Shown in pieces: positions 1 to 10,938 of a DNA stretch of 64,000 nucleotides. The position numbers and the translations under genes were made by a program. Below the pieces are notes generated by a model, which saw nothing but the letters and a program-made list of their open reading frames with translations, was not told the origin of the DNA and searched no databases. The stretch spans positions 124,001 through 188,000 of the forward strand of contig CM022677.1 in assembly GCA_012295275.1 (NCBI GenBank), in the 5' to 3' direction. The stretch is from Chrysomallon squamiferum (lineage: Eukaryota; Animalia; Mollusca). Numbering within the stretch: position 1 is the stretch's first letter; every line of letters starts with the position of its first letter.

Positions 1-1155
1 AATAATCCACATTAATATAGTTTATACAACACTGAACATTATTTTTATTTTAATTATAACTTCTACATTTTTTTTCTTCAGGTCTTTTATATTATTTTTT
101 TTATCATGACCTTGGTTTGAAAATGAAAGAAAACACGTGAGCAGTGACATACTCTGATTCTAAAAGACTTGTGAAATTTGCCTCCAAGTTCAAGTTTGCT
201 GATCATACTGATGTAAGAAAACAGAAAATGAACCACCTCAATAACAAATATAAGGATCTGAATGTTTGAATAAATGGAAAGTTTTTAGAAAGTTCCTCAT
301 CAAAATAATTTTTTAAAAACATTACTTCTACGAATCATGGACTGTTCTTATTGAAGAATGTATAATATTGTGATATGAATTTAGATTCAGTCACCGGGTT
401 GTTGATGAAAGATATAATCAGATGTAGACAGTACACAGAATGTTTGTACCAGACACAGCACCAAGTACAGTCAAGTCTGTGAAAAATAATTTATTTAAAA
501 AAAAAGACTAATCTTAAAAATCCTTAATTACTGCAAATTTTATAGGTCAAGGGACATAATTTTTTTAAATAATTTATTTATTTGTTTATTTTTTATAATT
601 AATAATCTAGTTATAATCCAAATGTAAAATAACAAAGAATATCAAGATTTCTGGAAAAGATTTATATAAAAAAAAAAAGGATGTTAATAAAACATAAGGT
701 GGAAGAAGAAATGTGTTTTGTAAGTTTTATTCTTCAGAAATTTATTTATGAATAATTTGCAGATTACATTATCTGTGAAGCTGTTTCTTTTTTTAATTTG
801 TTTATAACCAAATGATATTTTTATTGTATTAATATACATTTATTGACAAATCAGAAATCTTCGTACTTTTGTATTTTATAGCACTCTCAGCTCTTTAAAA
901 TCTTATGAAACGTTTTAAATAATTTTAATTTGAAAATTCAGAAATATTTTATACAATGTTTTTCAAAATATTTGATTACGGAATTTGCTACAGTATTTCA
1001 TAAATTATCTTTTTCACAAGAAAAAATAGTTTTGATGTTGATCTTTGCTTTCTTATTCAAATAAATATTTCAAATTATTATTGTTTTTACTTATATATTT
1101 TTAGCTTCCATTCTCATCTACTTGAGAAAACATTTCTGAAGAGTTAGGAATATTT
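1..1155 (+). repeat. Copy 1 of a ~1.1 kb direct duplication (partner 16548-17597); truncated by the window start
   Basis: Collinear shared blocks, e.g. GAAAGAAAACACGTGAG, AATTTGCCTCCAAGTT, CAGAATGTTTGTACCAGACACAGCACCAAGT, TATAGCACTCTCAGCTCT. Confidence 0.92.
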
Positions 1156-1648
1156 GTATGTATTGTTTGGATTATAAGGTAATAAAATCAACAGTAGCAG
1201 TAGTATTACAGGAAATAGCAGTAATAGCAAAAGAAATAATAGTATCAGTGGTAATACATGAAATAGTAATAGCGATAGAAATAACAGTAGCAGCAGAAAT
1301 GTATGAAATAGTAGCAGTAGTAATATATATCTATACGATTTATGGGATGGGAACTGATCAATGAGAACTTGAGTGTCTTAAGGTCTAAAATAATGTTATT
1401 GTAAGAAGGCAAATAAATAAAGCCCAGAGTTGTCGTTTTATGAACCATGATTTTAACCTACACAAGAGGTAACTCAATGTAAGGATACTCTGGTGAATAT
1501 TCTCATTAACAACAATACCTCTCCACTTAGTGCATCTGTGAAGACGTCCTCTGTTTAGTTTCAGAGAGAGAACGTTTCCGAATTTTATATAAATAAATAT
1601 ATATATGTGTGTGTGTGTGCGTGTCTGTGTGTATAAAATACTACAGAG

Positions 1649-1651
<3 letters not shown>

Positions 1652-1740
<89 letters not shown>
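1652..1740. repeat. (GA)n microsatellite, representative of many
   Basis: Pure dinucleotide tract. Others at about 2923-3015, 6172-6276, 26222-26310, 29125-29185, 38013-38056, 42808-42852, 46022-46112, 50313-50394, 58739-58810. Confidence 0.98.
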
Positions 1741-1744
<4 letters not shown>

Positions 1745-1977
1745 GTCATAAGAGTCGATATATAAATTGAAAAGATACCCATCTTTTAAACCCCCAGCAG
1801 AAATTGGAATATCAGGTCTGTACTCTTATCAACTCACTGTATTGTTAGAAAATTACTTATAACAGTGACATATTATTATTAGACATTCTGATTCTTTTCT
1901 GTTGTCGTATAAGTCATATAGACATGAATATAAACCTTTCTTAAAAATAGTAATATTCAACTATCTTCATTATTTTT

Positions 1978-2050
1978 TTCCGTTTTCATGGCAACAGTAG
2001 TAGACAATATACATCAATACGTCATCTAAATTACATATTCTATTGATGGA

Positions 2051-2141
<91 letters not shown>

Positions 2142-2187
2142 ATTAGTCTTGAAATACATGTCTACTACTGTTGCCATGAAAACGGAA
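1978..2187. repeat. Perfect 29-bp inverted repeat around an (AT)n tract
   Basis: TTCCGTTTTCATGGCAACAGTAGTAGACA (1978-2006) is the reverse complement of 2159-2187; (AT)n at about 2053-2138 lies between. Confidence 0.9.
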
Positions 2188-2511
2188 TAAATGAACGTCA
2201 TCTCAGTTACATGTTTCGTCCATCAATAGAACATTGAAGAATCTGAAATGTAATAATTACAGCTATATTTGCCAATTAAACTCTGGAGCAATAGTTTTGA
2301 GGAGCGTTTGTATGACAGAATGATCTGGTGACAGACATCTAGCGGTAAGGTTCAAACCGCTTTGCCAGATAACTAGAGTCCCTTTCCTTTGTGAATAAAA
2401 CAACGGATTTTTATTATTTTTTTATTTTTATTTATACGTTTTATTTATTTATTTCTATGGCCACTGAACATTCAGTAAGTGTTCAGGTTGGACCTGTAGA
2501 ACTACTTACAC

Positions 2512-2584
<73 letters not shown>

Positions 2585-2917
2585 CTTCTCCTTGTATAAC
2601 CGTTATGTGATTGTTGACACAAATTATTTAAGCACTATACTGTTATAATGATTATATATATATATATATATGCATACAGGGATCCTTATCGGAGACCAGA
2701 GAGTCAAGTCAACTGAGCTATTAACCTGCCCGAAACAGACATATATTACATCTGACTGGAATGTCTATCACAGAGGTAAAGCGTACATAGAGTGATTTGT
2801 GTCCTTCTAACAAAACACTACGAATATGTTCTGTGTATAAGGCACATCAAATATATACAAATCATTCTTATGGAGTAACTTTAGTGACACTCACAGGGAT
2901 TGAACCACCAAATTTGG

Positions 2918-3021
<104 letters not shown>

Positions 3022-4113
3022 GAGGCATGATGTACAGAGTTGTAAAATCTCTTTAATTTCTGAGTTTCCTTATTTCCCGATCCAACCAGTGTTTTTTGTT
3101 GTTGTTTTGTTTGTTTTATCTTAAAGGTTTTCTGTTGAATTTCTGTCACAACACCAGTTATTCTTTCAGCTGATCTTTGTTTACTGTTTCTACACAGAGA
3201 AGGAAAAGATGACGTAGACCAAATAATAATAATAATAATAATAATTCAAACATTTATTTCTATATCTCTCTATTTTGTCTGTTTACATTTTTGACAAATT
3301 AACAAATTAAGTACAAATTATAATTTTATGTATAAACAAACTGACAACAGCTAATGTTATGTCTAATGAACACTGTATATAATATACTTGCATATTTATT
3401 TTATTTAAATTTTAATAAATTTTTAAGGTCGTATCTGACAAACAGTAAAGACATAATTTATCTTCATATTAGTTTCAAAACGAAAAAAGTAACATTATCT
3501 TATTTGATTTGTGACAAAATCTAAACACATAATTTATAATATTTCTTTATAGACTAATCTTATTTGTAGATACTTTGTATTTCATGGAAATTAATTTAGA
3601 GAAAAAAATATATACACAGCCAAGGACGGAAATAGATTAAACAAAAAAAATTATCTTTTTTGACTTCTGTTTCGTGAATACTGAACGATATAAACTTTAC
3701 ATTGATATTTAAAATAAAATAAAATAGCACTTGGTGTCTAATAAATACTACACATTCATGAACAAAGAAAAAAATATATATGTAAATATAATACAATTTC
3801 CGAATACAGAATTAACACATTTAGGTATTAACATATTTCTTTTATCATGTGACAGTTTAAAAAATATATTAAATAAATAAAGAAACAATTTATATTAAAT
3901 AAATACAGCAATGAGCTGTTTATGTACATTATACACGTGTCTGTTTCACAGAATCAAGTCCATAAGAAATTTTCAAATAAAGTGTGTATGACGCTATCAC
4001 TGCTGTCTGATGTCATCAGAAATATAAAATGTAAAAAAAAAAAAAGTAAACAAATAAACAAAAAAATATGAGCCCAGTGATGACGAAAACTGACAGTATT
4101 AGAACGATGTTGT

Positions 4114-5188
4114 TTATAACAGTAAAAATAACAAACCAGGTATTTGTCCCATATCCACACATGTACGACCAAGTTTTCTGTGATTGTGTTTAGATTTGTG
4201 TGAGTTAGAAAATCTACAAACAAAAGAGTCTACAACAATTTCTGATTTACCACAAAATCCCCAACGTGTGACTTCTCTCTTAACATGAACAAACAAGCTG
4301 TACTCAGTGTCTTTAGTAATCTTCACTGGACGTCTGAACACGACGTCATACAACCCATCCATGTCAGACACGACTTGTTCATATCTCTGTGTTAGTGTGG
4401 ACCCGTCCAGTATTTCGTCTGTTCTTGTGTTAGTGACGAAGGCGCTGATGTCGTAGTTTTGTGGTCTACGGTAACCGTACACCTGAAATCCGCGAAGTAA
4501 AGCGTTTTTGTTGACAGAGAAAGTAATGGATTCATCTTTATTAGCAGAAAATGGGAAACAAACACCAGATACTGTACCACAAAACCTCTTTACTTTTATC
4601 TGTGTTTTACGAATCACTCCAGTTCTAATGTTTGAGTTAAAAGGTGAAACATCTTCATCACTGCTCACCAAGTGTTTCAAAATCTTCTGTTTTTCTGTCT
4701 CAGTGAGTATGTGAGTGGGTGTGACGTGTTTAACAAAATACGTCTGATCGAGTAATGGATAACGCACGTGCTTCACGACCTCTCCCAGTGCTTCGCGTAT
4801 GTTTTTTTCGCTCGTCTTCTTCCCTTGCTTCCTGCACGCGCTGTCAGCCCACTTCAGGGCGGCTTCGAAAACATTTTTCTCGTCTGCTGTCAGTTCGTCT
4901 GATCGTACGATCTCAACCAGACATTCGTTACAAAGATCGGTGACTTCATCTGACTTCAAAACTTCGTCGCCATTTTTAAAAATGTAGTCCAGAGTGATTT
5001 TCCTTAGATCATGTTCATCAAACAGGTGAGCTTGTTCAAGCACGACGCACGCATTCTGTGATGACAACGACGACTCCAAATATTTGGCGCACTGATGTTC
5101 AAGAGTTGTGATGAAGTACTTCTTCGATAGATACAGCAGACCGGTGACGTTGTCGCCTGTTAGGACGACGTCATCCGTATAAAGATAT
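4114..5188 (-). CDS. BTB/POZ-BACK-PHR domain protein, coding exon 2 (end of BTB, BACK, PHR)
   Basis: Acceptor TTTTATACAG| at 5189 restores the frame: YLYTDDVVLTGDNVTGLLYLSKKY...QNACVVLEQAHLFDE (BTB end); EKNVFEAALKWA...VKHVRYPLL (BACK); ITFSVNKNALLRGFQVYG...DVVFRRPVKI...GQIPGLLF (PHR). Open to the stop at 4114. Joined CDS 257+1075=1332 nt, 443 aa, with a 213-nt intron. Confidence 0.95.
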
Positions 5189-5401
5189 CTGTATAAAAGA
5201 AGTAGAGTAAGATTTTAAAATGTGAGAAAACTATTTCAGATCAATTAATTGGAAATTAATTAGATTACTTACAAAAACTGAATTGTTGTCAACGTTTCTG
5301 TTTGTCTGTATGTCTCTCTTCCTCACTGTGTTTCCATGTCTGTCTGTGTGTGTATGTGTGTGTGTGCGTCTGTATGTGCATGTGCGTGTGTTTTAACATA
5401 C

Positions 5402-5658
5402 TTTAAAAACTCCGAGAAGATTTCTGCCTTCACATCCGGTACTTTGATATTTGTTTCTTCGCGAAGTTCTCCAGTGAACATCTGACTGAAAACTTCGCTT
5501 CGAATAATCAAGATAAAACGGTGAGCATCGACAGCCGTTTTATGTTCACCAACCAAAAATCTGACGTCCGTGTCAGTTCTTGTACGAAAAACGTGTTCAA
5601 TGCATTGCATCAGATTCTTCCCTGTCTGCCAACTTGAGATTGTACATGAGGTGGCCAT
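5402..5658 (-). CDS. BTB/POZ-BACK-PHR domain protein (BTBD1/2/3/6-like), coding exon 1 (N-terminus and most of BTB)
   Basis: ATG at 5658 gives MATSCTISSWQTGKNLMQCIEHVF...TDVRFLVGEHKTAVDAHRFILIIRSEVFSQMFTGELREETNIKVPDVKAEIFSEFLK, a canonical BTB pattern (DV.F.VG, AHR.IL..RS.VF..MF, VPDV). Donor AA|GTATGT at 5401 (phase 2). Acceptor TTTGTAG just upstream at 5666-5667. Confidence 0.93.
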
Positions 5659-5687
5659 GTTTTCACTACAAACACAGAATAATATCA

Positions 5688-5699
5688 ATAGTAGTAGTA

Positions 5700-5757
<58 letters not shown>

Positions 5758-5870
5758 CAATAGCAATAACAATAACAGTAATAATAATAACAATAACAAT
5801 AACAATTACTAACAACAACAACAATAATAATAATAATAATAGTAATAATAATAATAAGAAGAACAACAAC
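5688..5870. repeat. (AAT/AAC/AGT)n compound microsatellite in the 5' intron of the BTB gene
   Basis: Direct reading; it explains the poly-Leu, poly-Asn and poly-Ile ORFs in the track. Confidence 0.95.
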
Positions 5871-6168
5871 AATTCCTATGGAAAGAAATAAATAAATAGC
5901 ACATAACATTTTTAAAAAAGTTAAATTTAATTTGAATAATGAAAGTAATTAGTTAGAAATTAGTAATAATAAAAATAAATAAAAAGTAAAGTAACAAAAG
6001 AAAAATCAAATAAATGTCAATCAGATAAAAATATAAAATCAAAAGCTCATTAATAATAATAAACACCAGCAATACGAACAGGAATCATAATTATAATTAT
6101 ACATAAATAAATAAAATGAATAAATAATAACTAAAACTGGAAAGTATTCCATCATTATGAGTTTGCAA

Positions 6169-6278
<110 letters not shown>

Positions 6279-6298
6279 AAACAAAATGGAATCCTTAC

Positions 6299-6400
6299 CA
6301 GATTGTTTATTTTCTAACAAGGAGATGACAATCAGGCTGTGTTGCTGTGGAAACCAGGTTTCAGTTGTATGAGACAAACACACAAATACCTGATCTAATA
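6299..6400 (-). other. Probable non-coding 5' exon of the BTB gene (upstream end approximate)
   Basis: Strong minus-strand donor CTG|GTAAGG at 6298 that could pair with the acceptor 7 nt before the ATG; unique, more GC-rich sequence upstream of a (GA)n/(AAT)n-filled intron. Confidence 0.5.
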
Positions 6401-7756
6401 TACCCGCTTGAAGAGAACTTTGACCATCTCGTGATGGAGATAACAGTCAGGTGAGGTATGCCAGCTTGAAAATATGTCTTTATTTAGTAAACTGATAATT
6501 GCATACGTCAATAAAAACGATTACTAATCAACAATTTTCTTTTATCTGTTCTCTTGAACATGAAATAAAACAGCCAGGTCCGGTTTTGTATAAATAACGG
6601 GTGGGTGTTGTATTTATATATTTACTTTTCACAACAACAGTTACCTGTAGTTACTACTACTACTACTACTACTACTACAAGCAATATTACTTCTAATACT
6701 GCTAATATATAGTACAACTGCTACGGCTTTACTACTACTACTAATATCAATACCATTATCAGTATTATGACTAATTTAACTACTGTTAGTACTCTGGATA
6801 ACACTACTTCTGTTTCTACCACTACAACTACTGCTACTATTACTGCTACTGCTACATGTACTAGCATTGCTACCACAAACATTACTGCTACTACTACTAC
6901 TGTCTTTTAATTTCAAATCACTTTATGATATTTTATTTTTTAGCACCGAAAAAATAATTTGTTTAATCTACTTATATTTAATTACGTATGTTCAACTCGT
7001 TCATAACTAGCTTATTAGTACTTATTATTATTGTTATTTTTATTATTATTATTATTATTAATATCTTTATCACTATCATTATTATTATTGTTTGTGTTTT
7101 TGTTGTTATTATTATTGTTATTATTAAAATAAATCTTCTTTAATCATTGCTAGTATTGAAGATAATACTGCGTACAGAGAAGGAAAAAACTGTTTAATCG
7201 ATTAATATACTTTAAAATATTTCAAACACAATTATTTTAGTAGTACTCGTAGTAGTAGTTGTAGTCCTAGGAGTAGTGGTAGTAGTAGTAATCATAATAA
7301 TAATATTAATAATAATAACAATTTCTTTATGATCAAACTTTTCATTCGTTAATACTGTAGTTGTCGTTATATTTTACATTAAACATTTTCTTCGACCCGT
7401 TTGAAATTTTTGTTATCTCTGTTGAACTTATTATTCAAACACGAGTTAGTGATAACATGACCTACTAATCTGCTTTGTCAAGTCTAAAGTTTGCTTAGTT
7501 GTCTAAATTTATTCAATATAGATAAAGATTACTTTACTACAAAGTCAACTTGAGAGGGAGAGAGAGACAATAAACAAATAGAGAAATAACTAAGTGAAAA
7601 AATGAAAAAAACAACAACAAATAAATAAACACAAATAAATAAAAATAAATAAATAAAAATGTTAGTAAATACGAAAAAAGAAAATCATCTATTATTTTAG
7701 TAGTATATTTTAAACAACACACACGCACGTACGCACACACATCTACTATTATTATT

Positions 7757-7789
<33 letters not shown>

Positions 7790-9760
7790 ATTATTATTAT
7801 TATTATTTGGAAAAATCGGAAGAGAATCATACATTATCACACGAGGTAAACCATTGTGTTATTTGGGGACGGGTGTGGATGTATATAAATATCTTTATCA
7901 ACAGACTCGTATAGTCCATGAACATCTGAATATCAGTTCATATATAATATCTTCATTTACCTAAAATATGGTTCACCTGGAGAAACATTTCAACAAGACA
8001 CGAGGTGACAGTGGAGAGGAGCAGAAATTCAAACTTGGATCACAAGACGTTCTCCCCAGTATCGCTGTCACATCTTAAACAGCGCGCAGCTTGATACCAG
8101 AGTTTTCTTCCAACACTTTTCTTCTAATATCTCTTTTGTTGACGAACACAACAATCGCTGTTAGTTGTATTAAATAGTTAGTTAGTATTATTGGCTACTA
8201 CTGTCATTACTAATGTTATATATGTATTGCGTATAGGTCAAGGCGACAGGAGTTTGTGTGAGTGTGTGTGTAGACAAACAGGCATGCGCAAACAGACATA
8301 CACACATATATCACAGTTACAGAACGCTCTATTACAAACAAACACAGCTAAATTAATTCTTTGTGTTATTGCATGTTACTGAAATGGCCGAACTACTCTT
8401 AATGAAATTTCGAATACTGACAGAATAAACATGTATAGTTTAGTTATACAGAAATACAAATCAAATCAAATTTATTTTGAATATTTTTTTTTTTTAGAAA
8501 TAATAGCATGACGAACAGATATAAAAGAATACAGTGCAAACAGTCAGAAATATAAGTATAATAAATATAAAAATCGAGTAATGAAACAAGATTACACGTG
8601 TATTTGTGTGTGAGTGCGTGCGTCTGTGTGTGTATACATACATACAGACAATTTACAGCTGACAAGAAAACACTATTTGACACTAAAACATAATCACCAT
8701 TAATTAGTCACTGAATTCCCCAAACACTGCACAAAATGATGAATCAGTTTTGGAAAATTAACTTTCTACAAAACAAAACAAAAAATATAATAAAATAAAA
8801 TAAAAAATAAAAAATCAGAATATAAATAAATAAATAAATAAATAATTCTGTATGGTCACTATAAGCAGAAGATCACAGATAGGCATACAAAATTAAATTA
8901 TATAATACAGTTAAACAGAACCTGAATCATAATTTTAACTTTGAAAAAGGAATCCATTTATTCAGTGGAATTAGTAGGTGATTTAAAAAGTAACTGACAC
9001 AAATACACGCTTTTGACAGCTTAGAAGTTTCTAGGTGAGAATCCCAGCCAGTCATTTAACCAAACCAATTTGTAATATCGACGTTACTGTCAACGTCCGT
9101 TTCTGTGTTCAGGGTTGAGACGCCAATGTCAGATTCGTGTCTTTCGTCTTTACTTTGTCTGCTTTCATTTATTTAAGCTTGTTCCTGTATTCCTCAGCAC
9201 TTTGTCTTCGAAATCTATGTACATTTACGTGTATGTTACATCTTTTCAGATTTTCTGCTCGTTGTTTCACTTGTTTTCGCCTGCTCGTTAGTTTCATACA
9301 CCTGACTTTTCTTCATTTTCCTTTCCTCTTTACTGCATTCTTCTTCAATCTAATCTTCTTTTACTTTTGTTTCTTCATTGATGTTTCAAATTTCCGTTTC
9401 TTGTTGTGTGTCTCATTTTCGTTTTGTTCAGTATTTTCAGGATAATCGTCTATAAACTGAATGTCTGTAAAACCAACAAAATTGTCATCTGTCAACCCAG
9501 GTAACATTTTAACTATTTCTACGTCTGTTACGACATATTTGTCTCACGTTTCATTTTCTTCAGCCATACTCTTACTGTGCGTGGATATACTATTTATTAT
9601 TATTATTAAATGAAAAGAAGAGAAAGTGGATATATGCTGGGTTCGGGTGGCAGTCTACACTTGCAGGTCTGACATGTACCTGTCAGTACCGCAGTTCTTA
9701 CAATTAATACACTTCACAACACCCAAACACATGTAGACTAAAATAAATATCTTATTGCAG

Positions 9761-10938
9761 ATCTTGTGGATCATGTTCCCGTGTAGTTGGGTTTATCTTG
9801 GCTCTACAGCAATGGCTGATGATAGTTTTATGGAAGTTTCCAGACAACTTTCTTCAGTGTTACTTCCAGAGTAGTGCAATGTGCAATGAAGATGCTAAAG
9901 AGTTCATATAAGATGTCAACCCAAAGCCAGACTGAAAGAAAAGACCAAGAGACTACACTGGACTGCATATAACATTTGTCAACCCAAAGCCAGACTGAAA
10001 GAAAAGACCAATGCAGAATGCACTCACAGACTGCAGGCATAGAACATTTATTTGTGTGCTTTTCACAACAGACATTTTGTAGTATTAATGACAGTGTTTG
10101 TGCTTTTCACAACAGACATTTTGTAGTGTTAATGACAGTGTTTGTGTGCTTTTCACAACAGACATTTTGTAGTATTAATGACAGTGTTTGTGTGCTTTTC
10201 ACAACAGACATTTTGTAGTATTAATGACAGTGTTTGTGTGCTTTTCACAACAGACATTTTGTAGTATTAATGACAGTGCATAGTACATTTTTTGTGTGCT
10301 TTTCACAACAGACATTTTGTAGTATTAATGACAGTGTTTGTGTGCTTTTCACAACAGACATTTTGTAGTGTTAATGACAGTGTTTGTGTGCTTTTCACAA
10401 CAGACATTTTGTAGTATTAATGACAGTGTTTGTGTGTAACTAAAAAAATCTACTTTGTTGTCTTGTGATGAGTTCTGTAAACCAGCAAGAAAGAAAAAAA
10501 AAAAACAGATACAAATAAACACATAAACCAAATGGAACAAACATCAAAATGATATGGCAAACTGATGAAATTGTATACAAATATAGTAAAACAATAAAAG
10601 TTAAATTCAAACAATTCATTATTACAATACAATTTACACTGTGTATAACAAGTTCACAGCAGTAAAATATCAGTTGAGATATAATTTATCATAATATGGT
10701 ATGTCATATCATTTTGAAATTTTATCATTTACTAAAAATATTTTGTTGTGTTTTACTCATTTCAATTTTTATAATGATTATCACAAGTAAACTGTCTTTT
10801 TACAGGAAAGTCAAAGTTAAAAGTGAAGATCTTGATACTCTCAAAAGTCTACGTGGATCTCCCATTAGCTAACTGACAAAACATCTGTGATAAGACAGTG
10901 TTGGGAATGTTCCATCAGGCAGTGGACTTTGAACACAT
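9761..10938 (+). mobile_element. Decayed two-exon fragment of a SWIM-finger/YqaJ-type transposon accessory ORF (ISL2EU/Harbinger-like)
   Basis: After acceptor TTGCAG (9760): SCGSCSRVVGFILALQQW, resembling the SWIM end G.CSHV..L.AL with H>R; then, frameshifted, LSSVLLPE*CNV (cf. SCTSLPQQW.VP) and KPD*KKRP. Exon 10806-10938 (TACAG|...|GTAAGT) reads ...SPIS*...GNVPSGSGL*TH (cf. GNVP.GS.LSYQ). Multiple stops. Assignment is from remembered motifs. Confidence 0.45.
10051..10436. repeat. 46-bp minisatellite, about 8 copies
   Basis: Unit TTTGTGTGCTTTTCACAACAGACATTTTGTAGTATTAATGACAGTG repeated head to tail. Confidence 0.96.

Noticed and set aside
121-140. Conserved in-frame TGA as selenocysteine or readthrough
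   Set aside because: The same block also has TAA and TAG stops and frameshifts, and I saw no SECIS-like structure; shared decay before duplication explains it.
4392-4987. Short ORFs overlapping the BTB exon in other frames or on the other strand
   Set aside because: Shadow ORFs of the real CDS with no recognisable motifs.
5659-5805. Poly-Leu signal peptide on the BTB protein
   Set aside because: It is the (AAT)n tract in the intron read from a non-ATG start; an acceptor lies just before the real ATG at 5658.
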